Shown piece after piece: positions 45,586 through 56,500 of a stretch of 64,000 nt of DNA (its first letter is position 1; each line of letters opens with the position of its first letter). The stretch is from positions 620,001 through 684,000 of the forward strand of contig JABVCE010000010.1 in the NCBI GenBank assembly GCA_014905635.1. The letters run 5' to 3'. Made by a program: the position numbers and the translations under genes. This stretch comes from Scenedesmus sp. PABB004. Lineage: Eukaryota. The notes under the pieces are model-generated. The model saw nothing but the letters and a program-made list of their open reading frames with translations. It did no database searches and was not told where the DNA came from.

Positions 45586-47499
45586 TCACCGCGCGGACGT
45601 GGCCGCGGGCGCGGGCGCGGGCGCTGCCAGCACGGCCGTGAGCGCCTCGCCGAGCGCGCGGCGCTCCGAGGTGCGCGCGAGGCGCGCAACCTCGGCGCCG
45701 GCGCGGTAGATCGCGTACGTGGGCAGCCGCTCGAGCGCGAGCTCGCCGCCCAGCGCCGCGGCCTCGCCGTTGGCGTCGACGTCCAGCACCGCAAACGGCA
45801 CGCCGCCGGCGTGCGCGCGCGCGGCGTGGTGCAGCGCGCCGTACGTCTTGACGCACGGCGCCGCGGCGGCGCAGTGGAACGCGACGACCGCGACGTCGGC
45901 GCTGCGCACGTGCGCCTCGAGCGCGGCGCGGCCGCCGATGCGCGGCAGCAGCGCGCTCGGACGCTCGCCGCGCGTGTCGGCGTCCCCCAGGAACAGCAGG
46001 CCAGACGGCAGGTCGGCCTCGATCTTGGTGCCACACACCTCCAGCAGCTTGCGCCCGCTGACGGGCTCGACGACGAGCACCGACAGGCACTCGCTCACGC
46101 CGAGGCGGCGGCACAGCGCCTTGGCGCGCGGCGTGTCGCTCTGGAGGCTGATGAAGCGGAACGGCGCCGCGCCGGCGCCGGCCGGCAGCGGCGCCGCGGC
46201 ATACGCGGACGCGAGCTCCGTATACCAGCGGTGCACGGGGCTGTCCAGCCCGCGCGCCGCGCCCGCGCACGCGCCGCCGCCCGGCCCGCTGCAGGCGCCG
46301 CTGCCGAGGCCGAGCGCGCCGGGCGCGGGGCCGCCAAAGTCGACCGAGCCGAGCGAGCCCAGCGCGCCGCCAAACCCGCTGCCGGCGCCGCCAAAGCCGC
46401 TGCCGACGCCGCCAAAGCCGCTGCCGGCGCCGCCAAAGCCGCTGCCGGCGCCGAAGCCCGCGGCGCCGCCGAAGCTGCTGCCGACGCCGCCAAAGCCGGC
46501 GGCGCCGCCAATGAAGCTGCTGCCCGCGCCGGGGGCCATGACGCCGTAGGAGCCGCCGGAGGGGCTGAAGCTCTCGTGCGACGCCAGGTAGGCCGCCAGC
46601 GCGGGCGGCAGGCTGCTGCCGTGGCCGTCGCCGGCGCCGGGGCCGCGCAGCTGCGGCGACGGGGGTGGCGCGTGAGCGCGGCGCGTAAGCGTGCGTGCAG
46701 GCGGCGGGAGCCACGAGGCCGCGCCGCGGGCCGTGCCGCGGGCCGTGCCGCGGGCCGTGCCGCGGGCCGTGCCGCGGGCCGCGCCGCTCACCAGGTTGCG
46801 GCAGCCCTCGGCCTTGACTACCAGCAGCTGGCCCGCCGCGGCGGCGGCCGCGGCCTCGCGCTCCCACTCCACCTCGCACATGATGCTGACCACGGCCGCG
46901 CCCTCGCCGCCGGCCGCCGCGCGCCCGCGGCCCTTGCGCGGCGCCGCGGCCTTGCGCGCCGCTGGCGCGGCCGTCGGCGGCGGCGGCGCCGGCGCCAGCA
47001 GCAGGCCGTCGAGCACGCGGTCGAGCGCCGCGAGCGACGGCGCTTCGCTGGACCAGTCCACCGCCGCCGCCGCGACCACGGGCTGGCCCTTGGCGCTGCT
47101 GCTGCACGCCCCGCCCAGCGAGATGGGCAGCGGCGCCGGCGCAACCGCCGCAACCTCCGGCGGCGGCGCCGGCACGCTCGGCGGTGCCGCGGGCTGCTGC
47201 GGCGCCGCCGCGGTCTGCGGGTTGAGCGTCACCGAGCCGGGGGTCTTCAGGAAGCTGGTCCGGATGTCTGCGCGGCGCCGGGCGGGCGGCTGTGAGCGCG
47301 GCGCCGCCGGCGGGGCGCGGCGCGGCCGCGCCAGGGCAGCCTCGGCCGCCCGCGGAGAACGCGGCGGCGCGGGCTGCTCGTCCCTTGGCCGCCGCGCCGG
47401 GCGGTGTGGGGCCGCCGCAGCGGCGTGCGGGGGCGCGGCATCCCGCAACCACGCACAGCCGCCCCCGCGCCCCTGGAGGGCATCGAGGCTCGGCGCCAT
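45586..47499 (-). CDS. Tandem thioredoxin-fold protein (CDSP32-like architecture) with atypical active site
   Basis: Domain 1 VVSIMCEVEWERE..QLLVVK..VHRWYTELASAY..FRFISL..LCRRLGV; domain 2 DVAVVAFHCAAAAPCVKTYGALHHAA..VPFAVLDVD..LERLPTYAIYRAGAEVAR. Confidence 0.65.
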   Translation of the reverse strand: MAPSLDALQGRGGGCAWLRDAAPPHAAAAAPHRPARRPRDEQPAPPRSPRAAEAALARPRRAPPAAPRSQPPARRRADIRTSFLKTPGSVTLNPQTAAAPQQPAAPPSVPAPPPEVAAVAPAPLPISLGGACSSSAKGQPVVAAAAVDWSSEAPSLAALDRVLDGLLLAPAPPPPTAAPAARKAAAPRKGRGRAAAGGEGAAVVSIMCEVEWEREAAAAAAAGQLLVVKAEGCRNLVSGAARGTARGTARGTARGTARGAASWLPPPARTLTRRAHAPPPSPQLRGPGAGDGHGSSLPPALAAYLASHESFSPSGGSYGVMAPGAGSSFIGGAAGFGGVGSSFGGAAGFGAGSGFGGAGSGFGGVGSGFGGAGSGFGGALGSLGSVDFGGPAPGALGLGSGACSGPGGGACAGAARGLDSPVHRWYTELASAYAAAPLPAGAGAAPFRFISLQSDTPRAKALCRRLGVSECLSVLVVEPVSGRKLLEVCGTKIEADLPSGLLFLGDADTRGERPSALLPRIGGRAALEAHVRSADVAVVAFHCAAAAPCVKTYGALHHAARAHAGGVPFAVLDVDANGEAAALGGELALERLPTYAIYRAGAEVARLARTSERRALGEALTAVLAAPAPAPAATSAR

Positions 47500-48420
47500 G
47501 CGATCTGGGCCTCTGACAAGCTGTGTCAGCTGCCGGTTCGCGCTGCCAGCCCGGCGAGCGAATAAAGAGCCCGCCAACCTGTGGCTGGCCAGCCAGGCTG
47601 TGGTCGCGCGCCGCTGCCCTGCCCGCTCCCGCGCGCCTCCCCAGCGGGCGCCGCGTCACTCACCCCGCAGCTTGGGCGCCCGCCGCGGCTTGGCGGCGTG
47701 TGTTGTGGCGCGGGCGGCCTTTGGATGGCGCGCGACGACCTCCACCGCCGTGGCGCTCCGCCCGCGGCGGCCCAGCGCAGCATCTAGGCTGCCCATGCTG
47801 CCGCCTGCGTTGTGCGGCGCAGCGCTGGCGGCGTGCGCGCCACAACCCTCCGCGCTCTGGCTGCTGGGGCGCGCTGGACGGGCTGGTGAGCGCGGGTCGA
47901 GCAAGCGCGAGCAGGCCAGGTGCCGGTGTGACGCGGCGAGCGAGCCGCGCGGCGATCTGCAACCGCGCGTTGTCATAAGGTAGGAGACTTGCGTCTGCGG
48001 CCATGCCCTGCGGCACACGTCGCCCGCCCTTGGGACGAGTCGAGCGCTGCCGCGTGGCCAGCAGGTGCGCGCCGAACGCTGCTGCGCCAGCGCATGCGCG
48101 CGCGCCGCGCGGCGCCGCCGCCAGGCTGGCTCGAGCGACGCCGAGTGCCGCCGCACAGCGGCGGCAGCTGCTGGGCTGCCTGTGAGGTGGCCGGCGGGCT
48201 GCAGCAGCTGCACGCGAGCTCGACGCGCCGCCAGACGGCTTGCGGCAGCAGAGTCAGTGACGGCCGCGCCGCTGGCACGCCGGCGCCCGGGCCAGCTCCT
48301 GCAGCGGCGGCGGCGAGGCCCCAGAGCACTGCAGTCGGGCGCTGCCACCGGCGTGCACGGCCCGGGAGCGCCGCAGGGCAGCAAGGAGCGCACCGCCGCG
48401 GCAGCGCTCCGCACGGGCAC

Positions 48421-49794
48421 ATGCAGCAGCGCTGCGCCCCGCCAGCGCGCAGCGGCCGTGCGGCATCGTGGCCGCAGACCCGTCGCAGAGCGCCAGCGGC
48501 CGGCCGCCGGCGAGGCGCGCAACGGCCGTGCGCCGACGCTGCTGCTGCTGCTGCTGCCGCCGCTGCAGCGCCGAGCGCGGCCCAGCCGGCGCTGCTTTAC
48601 GACTTTCACGATTGCCTGGTTCCCTACGAGCAGGTGCGCGCGCCCACCGCGCCTCCACCGCCGTTGCGCGGCGCACGCTGCCGAGCCGCCGCGGCCGCGC
48701 AGGCGTGGGAGTGGCAGCGGCGCCGCGTGGCCGAGCTGTGCGACCCCAGCACGTCCGACCGCCGCGACACGGTGTTCCTGCTGCAGGCGCGGCGCGGCGC
48801 TGCGTGCCCGCGCGCGCTCGTGCCTGTGCCTCGGCGGCGCGCGGCTGCCGCAGAGCTGCCCGCCCCGCCACGCGCAGCACCCGCCCGTCTACACGCTGGG
48901 CGCCGGCAGCAGCGAGGAGCACGTCAAGTTTGACCTCGCCGCGCCGCCGCACCCGCTCTACCGCACCGAGCGCGGCGGCGAGGTGACGTACCATGGCCCC
49001 GGGCAGGTGTGGGGGGCGGCGCCCGCGGGCCTGCGCCGGCGCCAGCGGCCGTGGGCTGCGCGGCGGCCGCGCGGCCGCCGCGCCCCCACCCACGCGCGCC
49101 GCCGCGTCGCCGCGGGCGCCGCCGGCAGCTGGTGCTGTACCCGGTCCTGGACCTCACGCGGCACCGCCAGGACCTTCACTGGTACCTCCGGGCGCTCGAG
49201 GAGATCGTCATACGCGCGCTGGGCGACACGTCGGGCCTCGCCGGCGAGCGGCTGCCCGGGCTGACCGGCGTGTGGGTGGCCGGGTGCAAGCTCGCAGCGG
49301 TCGGCGTGCGCGCGCGCAAGTGGGTCACCTATCACGGGCTCGCGCTCAACGTGTCGACGCACCTCGGGCCCTTTGCCGCCATCACGCCGTGCGGCATCGC
49401 CGACCGCCCGGTCGGCAGCGTGCGCGCGGCGCTCGCCGCCGAGGGCCACGGCGGCGGCGGCGGCTCGGCGGGCGGCGCGCAGCCGGGGGGCGCTGCGGAG
49501 CAGCTGGCGGCGCAGGCGCAGGCGGTGCAGCGGCAGGCGCCGCCGGCGGCGGCGACGGCGGGCGCGCTGGCGGTGCCACAGCAGGCGGCTGCGGGCGCGC
49601 TGGCGGCGCAGGACGCGGCGCGGGCCCTGCTGGCGCCCGCGAGGGACCCGCTAATCGTGGAGTATCGCTACGCGCTGCTGGAGGCCCTGGAGGACGTGCT
49701 GGGGCTGAGCCTGCAGCCCGCGAGCGAGGCGCAGCGCGCGGCCCTGGTCGCGGGCGCTGGCGAGCCGGCGGCGGCGGCGGCGGCGGTGCGGTGA
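48421..49794 (+). CDS. lipB: Octanoyltransferase / lipoate-protein ligase B (LIP2), with organellar transit-like N-terminus
   Basis: [60 protein letters not shown]. Confidence 0.95.
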
Positions 49795-49987
49795 CGCCGG
49801 TCGGGCGCGCGCGAGCGCTGCGCGCGCGGTGCCGGCGCGTGCAACCGGCACTCATGCTTACAGTGAAGCAGGGGCGAGCTCGAGCGCGGGCTAGCGCGCG
49901 CGCGCGGCGTGCCTCGCGGCAGGTCGTCGAGGCGCGCGCCAGCAGCAGCAGCAGTCCTGCGACCCCTCGCCCCCCCCCGCCTGCGGC

Positions 49988-52170
49988 TCACAGCAGCAGC
50001 ACCGCCGCGAGCAGCGGCGCGGCGAGCGCCGCGACCGCGGCTGCGCTCAGCGCGGCCGCGCCGCTGCTCGCGCGCGCCGTCGCGTTGCGCGCGTCGCCCG
50101 TCGCGTTGCCCGCCGCCGCCGCGCCGGCGCCGGCGGCCTTGGCCGCGGCCGCGGCGGTCGCGTTGCCGGTCGCGTCGGCAGACGTAAGCGCCTCGGTCAC
50201 GGTGGCGTTCTTCTTCTTGGTCGCCGACCCGGCAGTGAACGAGTCCAGGTACGTGAGCGTGGACTCGGGGACGAGCACGGCGTCGATGCGGTGGAGGTAG
50301 CTCCGCCCCGCGATGATGTCGGCCGAGTTGACGGTCGCCTCGTCGCCGTCCGAGTTGGGGCGGAGGATGATGTGCATGCTCGGGTCGACGCCGCTGATCT
50401 TGGCCGCGACGACGCCGCCCGCCTCGCGCACGATCTGCTCCGCGGCCTTGCGCGCCGGCCTGGCGCGCGCGGGGGTGGTTGGGCGCGGGGGCGCGGGCGC
50501 GCGTGGGCGGCGCGCGCGGGGCGCCCGGCGCTGGGGCGCGGCGGCGGCGCGCGCTGGGCGCGGCGGCGGCGGCGGCTGCTCACTTGTCGGTCACGTGGAC
50601 CTGCACGATCTCGCCGTTGGCCATGCGCAGCTGCATCTTGTCCTTGAGCTGCCCCGCGCGCAGCGCGCGCTGCGGCCGCGGCACGGGCGGGCGGGCGCGC
50701 GGTCGGCGGCGCGTGCGCGCGGGCGCGGGACCCCGTGCTGCTCCTCGACCCCGACGTGCCCCGCGAGCCCCGCGCGCGCTGCGCGCGCTGTGCGCGCCTC
50801 GGCGACGATGTGGTACTTCACCAGGTTGGCCAGCTGCTTGCGGCTGCCGGTGATGGCGCTGACGTTGCCGGTGTAGTAGCTGGACATCTGGTCGATGCTG
50901 TACCAGGCCTGCGCGCGCAGCACGGCGCAGCACGGCGTGTGTGTGTGCACGCGCGCGCGCACACCACGCCGGCGTCGGCGGCGCGTCGGCGCCGAGGCCG
51001 CGCCCGCCGCGGCCGCCGCGGTGCCCGCCGCGCCGCCGCACGTCGTCCGTCGGCGCAAACACGGTCGCGACGGTCTGGGGGTTGGCGAGGTAGGTCGACA
51101 GCCCGCTGTCAAAGATGGCCTGGCTGAAGCGCGTGAGCGAGTCGTCCCAGCCGATCGCCTCCTCGAGGCTCTTGTAGAAGCGCACCGCGTCGGCCTGCTT
51201 CAGGTTGAGCTGCAGCGGACGCGGGCGCGGACGCGGCGGCGGGCCGCTCGGGCGCGTGCGGGCCGCGCCGCCGGCTGCCAGCGCCGCCGCCGGATCCGCG
51301 CCCGCGCGCCCGCACGGCTGCCCGGCCCGCGCACGCGCGCGCGCGCACCGAGGCGAGCTCGTCCGGCGGGAGCAGCATGTTGTCGATGACATTGAACATC
51401 GCCGCGCCGGCCTTGACGTCCTTGGTCGTGACCGTCGCCGAGCTGCCCGAGTTGACGCCCACGTCGCCGCCGAGGCTGGGCGCGGCGCGGCGCGGCGCGG
51501 CGCGGCGCGGCACGCGCGTCAGGCCGCGGCCCGTGCGGCCGGCCCGCGTGCACGCGGGCTCGGGCTCGGCGAGCGGGCCCGCCACCGGCCCGCCCCGCCC
51601 CCGCGCCGCCCCGGCCCCCGGCGCGGCCCCCGCCCCGGCCCCGGCCCGGCCCGGCGGGCCCTAAGCAACCCCGCCCACCTCTTGGTGATGGTGAGGGCCT
51701 TGCCGCGCATGCTCGTGTAGACGCCGTCGTCGCGGAGGCTGGCGCTCGACGCGGCGATGCCGGGGACGACGTGGTACTGCACGATGTCGACGAGCAGCGT
51801 GTTGTTGGCGTACAGCTGCTTCTTGGTCACGCCCGCGATGTCGAGCGCGGCCTGGATGGCCTCGTCGGTCGGCGCAAACACGGTGCCGATGAAGCCCGGC
51901 GACGCGAGCTGCGGCGTGAAGCCGATCTTGTCGGCCGCCTCGAGGAAGAGGTTCAGGTTGTTCGCCTTAGCCGCCTCCACGATGCTGCCGTACTCGGCCG
52001 CCGCCGCGGCGCCTGCACGCGCGCGCGCGCGCGCGCGCGCGCGTGAGCGGCGGCGCCCGCGCAGGCGTCACCGGCAGCGGCGGCGCCGCCGCCGGTGGCG
52101 GCCCGCGGCGGGCGCGCGCACCCGCCAGCGCCAGCGCCAGCACCAGCAGCGCCAGCGGCTGGGTCCTCAT
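49988..52170 (-). CDS. Fasciclin-like protein with two FAS1 domains, signal peptide and probable GPI anchor
   Basis: Two H1 motifs TVFAPTD, YH motifs (QYHVVPG, KYHIVAE), H2 motifs (FNVIDNMLLP, LHRIDAVLVP); signal MRTQPLALLVLALALA; C-terminal SSG followed by a hydrophobic tail. Confidence 0.9.
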
Positions 52171-53081
52171 CCTGCGGCCGCGCGGCGGGGGGCGTGGGGG
52201 CGCGCCGGGCCGAGCAGGCAGCCACCCGCCCCAACGACCGCGCCGTGTGCCCGCGCAGCGCTGCGCCGCACGTGCGTCGCAGCACCGCCCGGAAGCGTCT
52301 ATCGCGCCGCGTTTCGCGCGCCCACGCCGGCTCTTCGGCTCGCCGGCTCGCGGTGCCGCGCTGCTGCCGTGACGACGTCGCTTCTTCTGGAAAAGCCGGA
52401 CGAGCGTGAAGGCAGCGGGGAGGATTACGGTTGGGCGAGACTGCGCGGGCGCCGCGTGGCCGAGCAGGCAGCAGCGGGCCCAGGTGGGCGCCCTCCCGAC
52501 TCCCAGCAGCGATCAGCGGCGCCTGGTGGTGATCGCGCATGGTCGTGGGAGCTCGGCGCACGCTTCTTGCGCTGGGAGTCGGGCGCGGCGGCGGCGCGGA
52601 GCGGCGGGCAGCGAGCGTCACCAGCCAGCGGCGCGGCCGGGCCCCAGTCTCTAGGCGGCGGGGCGCACGGAGCGCCCTCCCGCACGCGCGAAGGGCACAA
52701 GTGAGCGCAAAGTCCGCAGTTTTCGGCCGCGCCAGCTGCGCGAGGCAGCGACGAAGCAGGGCGGCGAGCCGCAACCAGGTTCTGCAAGAGGGACAAGTAG
52801 GTGGAGGGCGGTGCCAAGGCCCCGGAGGGAGGGAGGGAGGATCACCCCGCAGGGCGTGGCCCGCCGCGCGCGGCGCGCGCGCCGCGTGCGATGCAGGGCT
52901 GCTGGTGATGCAGCCCGCCCGCCGCAGCCGGGTGACGCTCGGCTGCGGCGGTGGTTATGCCCCCCACACACGTGCATGCCCGCTGCAAAGCAGCCCAGGC
53001 TATTTATGTATATGTATATGTGTGCCCTCGCACGTCGTACACGCGTACAATCGCCACGTGTCGCGGCCCCACTCAGATGTT

Positions 53082-53188
53082 GTGTGGGCCAGCCCGTTTG
53101 CCACACCCTGATTTGGTCACCCCACCCGACAGCGGTTGTGGCCAGCCCGTTTGCCACACCCTGATTTGATCACCCCTCCGCCCGACAC
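53082..53188 (+). repeat. Intergenic direct repeat, two copies of ~52-55 bp
   Basis: gccagcccgtttgccacaccctgatttg(g/a)tcacccc occurs at ~53087 and ~53141. Confidence 0.8.
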
Positions 53189-53587
53189 GCAGGGACGCCT
53201 GCGGGCGCGCAGCGTCAGGGCAATGGATCGACACCCTGCCCGTTGCCCGTCCCGCCCGGCAGCCCCTTGAGCATAACACTTTCTGTGGGCATAGCAATCA
53301 TTGCGGCCACGTTGGATGGCGTCCGAGAAGGAGGGACCAGACAGCGAGTCATGCAGACGTGCGACGATGCAGAGAGCATGCATTGCACGACGCACAACAA
53401 GAGTACGGCCGCAAGCAAGCGCGGCCGTTCAGCATGCGCGAGCACGGCGGGCGCCCTGCGCTTGCGCCTCCAACAGGCGCGTGATGCGCCTCAGGGGCCA
53501 ACGTCCCGTGCCGTGCACGCACGCGTTTGAATACATACCGTTCCTCAGGCGCCTCCCCCGCCCCCAAAAGAACAACAACAGGCGCGC

Positions 53588-56500
53588 TCAGCGGCCGCCG
53601 ACCTGGACGAGCGCGCCGCCCGGCCCGGTCAGCACGGCGCTGGCGGCCGCGGCGGAGAGCATCTGGCACTCCGCTTCGCGCTGCGCGGCGCAGCGCTTGT
53701 CGTGCTTGCGGCACTTGCGCTTGCAGTCGCACGGGCGGCACCTGCCGTCGGTGCCGCAGGTGGAGCCGGGGCAGCAGTCGCGCGGCGCGGCGCACGCCTC
53801 GCCGTTCTGCTTGCACGCAAACGGCTTGGTGCACACGCCGCGCTTGCCGTAGTGGTCCCACTTGCAGGTGAGGCCGTCGCAGCAGACGCCGCCGCCGCCG
53901 CACTCGCCGCAGGGCTGGCCCTCGGGGCGGCAGCCCTCGCCCGGCTTGCACGCGTACCACGACGTGTGGATGCCGTAGACGGGCTTGCACGCGCTCGTGC
54001 TGTCGCAGCAGGGGTTGCAGCCGGGGGCCGTGCAGGGCTCGCACATGCGCCAGGTGGGAACGCAGAACTGCGGCCGCCGCGCGGGCGGCGGCGGGGCGAC
54101 GTGGCGGGTGAGCTGGTGGGGGCCGGCGCGCGCGTGTGCTCGGGCGGCGGTGCGCACGCGCGACCAGCGCTGGGGACGAGGCGCGCGCGCGCGCGGCAGG
54201 CGCGCGCAGGCCGCCGCGGCAGGCCGCCGCCGACTCACCGCCGCCGGGCAGAGCGCAACCGTGCAGCTCGCGTTCTGCGTCCACGTGCCATTCACGCAAG
54301 TCGACTCGCGCACGGGCGCTGTGCACTTGCGTGCGGTTGAGTCGCAGCACGCGCCCGTGGCCGTCGGCAGGATGGGGCAGGCGACCTGGCTGCAGGTCAA
54401 GCCGCGGTTCCAGGTGCCGTCGTCGGCGCGGCACACACTGGCAGTGCCCTCCGCGCACGCGCCGCTGGCCAGGCAGCACGCGCCAATGGCGGCAGGGCAG
54501 TTGGCGACCGTGCAGGCCTCGTCTTGCGCCCACTGACCGCCCTGCGCCTGGCACCAGGCTGCCGTGGCGTTGGGCGTGCACCTGCTCTGAGCCGGCTGGC
54601 AGCACGCGCCGCGCGGGGTCACCGGCGGGTCGCTGCCACAGGTCGTTGGGTTGCAGGTCTGGTTGGCGTAAAATGTGCCGGCGTCCTGGGTGCAGGCGTT
54701 GAGCGTGTAGTTGTTGCGGCAGTCCCGCCCCACGCAGCACGCGCCGACGGTCGGCTTGCGCGTGCACGTCACGGTTGCGCAGCTCTGGCCTGGATTGTAC
54801 ACGCCGTCCACGCAAGCTGACTCGGACACCACCAGGCAGCGCCCGCTGCTGGTGCAGCACACGCCGCCGACCTGTGCACACACGAGCGGGGCAGGCGGGT
54901 GCCACGGGTGAGCGGCAGCATCGCGCACGCGCATGAACCGGGCAGCAAGCAGGGCGCGCCGCCCCGCGCCGCGCCCGCCCCAGCCACACGGTTGGGGCGG
55001 CTGGCCGCCAGCCGCTGGCCGCGGCCGCACGCACGCCCGCGCAGGTCAGCGCACCACGGTGACACGCGCTTCCGCTTTGTTGTTGCCCTGGTTGCGGTCG
55101 TTGGTCGCGTTGACCGAGGCGCGGTTGATGAAGCTGCCCGCACGCGCCGCCTTGACCGTGACTGCCAGCGAGTAGGTCTCAGCAAAGGCCAGGTCCCCTA
55201 CCGCGCAGGTGATCACAGGATAGCGAATGGTGCACCCAGTGTCTGCGCAGCGGCGCGCGGCGGCAGCACGGCACAGTTGCAGCGGAGGCAATCAGTTGGG
55301 GGGATGCGCCGCGCCGCCGGGCGACGGGGCAGCGGGCGGCCAGGCGTGGCGCGCGCTGCAAGGGCTGCGCTCAAAGGCCGAGGCTTGCTGTGCGGCCCGT
55401 GCCCCGCAGGCGCGCGGCGCGCGCACCCGGCCTGACGGCAACAAGCTCGAGGCCGCCCGGCAGGCGGTCTGTGATGACCACGTCCTTGGCGCCGTCGAGT
55501 CCGTCGACCACGGTGGCGGTGAGCTTGAAGTCAAAGACCTGGCCGACCAGCTGGGTGCTGGTGGGGCCTGTTTTGGTGATGGCGATGTCTGCAACTGCGG
55601 TGGGGTCGATGGGCCGGTCCCCGCACACGCCCGATGACGCACCCAGCAACTGGTTGCAGACCGGTTTGCTGAGCGGGCACGTGCAGGTGATGAAGCCGCC
55701 GCAGCCGTCGGTGAAGTTGCCGCAGAGTCCGGCGTAGGACGAGTTGCAGGACAGGCAGGCGACCTGCACGGTGCTGTTGGCCTGGTTGTTGCTCGGGTTT
55801 TTGTCGCCGGTCGCGTTGACCGTGGCGACGTTGGTCCACGAGCCCGCGGCGGTGCCCTTGACACGCACGTCGACAAACACCGTCTCCGCCAGCGACATGG
55901 GGCCGATGTTGCAGGTGATCGTGGCGCCCGAGGAGGAGCAGTTGCCCTTGTCAGGCTTGGCGGACACCAGCGCCAGCCCCGCGGGCAGCGTGTCTGTGAC
56001 GTTGACGTCGTTGGCACCACTGTCGCCCTTCTCCACGCGCACCGTGAGCGTGAAGTCAAACTCGCTGCCAGCCAGCTGCGGGTCGGTGGGGCCGCTCTTG
56101 TCAATGGAGACATCCAGGTCGCGGCTGGGGACAAAGGGGTTGTCGGAGCAATAGCCTGGGTCCGAGTTGCCGCGCAGCAGGTCGGTCTGGTGGCAGTACG
56201 GCTTGTCGGGCGGGCACGTGCAGGTGATGATGGTGCCGCAGTCGTTGTCGTAGGAGCCGCACAGGTCGGGGAAGTCGTAGCACGTCTTGCAGTCCGTCTG
56301 CGGCACGACAGGGCGGCAGCGGCACACGCGCGTGAGCTCAGGTCAGGGCCGGCACGAGCGCTGGCAGGTTGTGCAGCCGCGCTCGCCGGCTGCCCTGCCA
56401 GCCGCAGCAGCTGCCGACCGCAGCAGCGCAACCCAGCCGCCCCCAGCCGCCACTCACGCAGCAGGTCTGCTGGCTCGGGTTGGGGTTGGACGCCTGCGCT

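Noticed and set aside
27926..49794. Lipid-metabolism gene cluster (UGT80-like, LCB2, VDR, LipB)
   Set aside because: Different pathways and compartments, interspersed with unrelated genes; no evidence of co-regulation.
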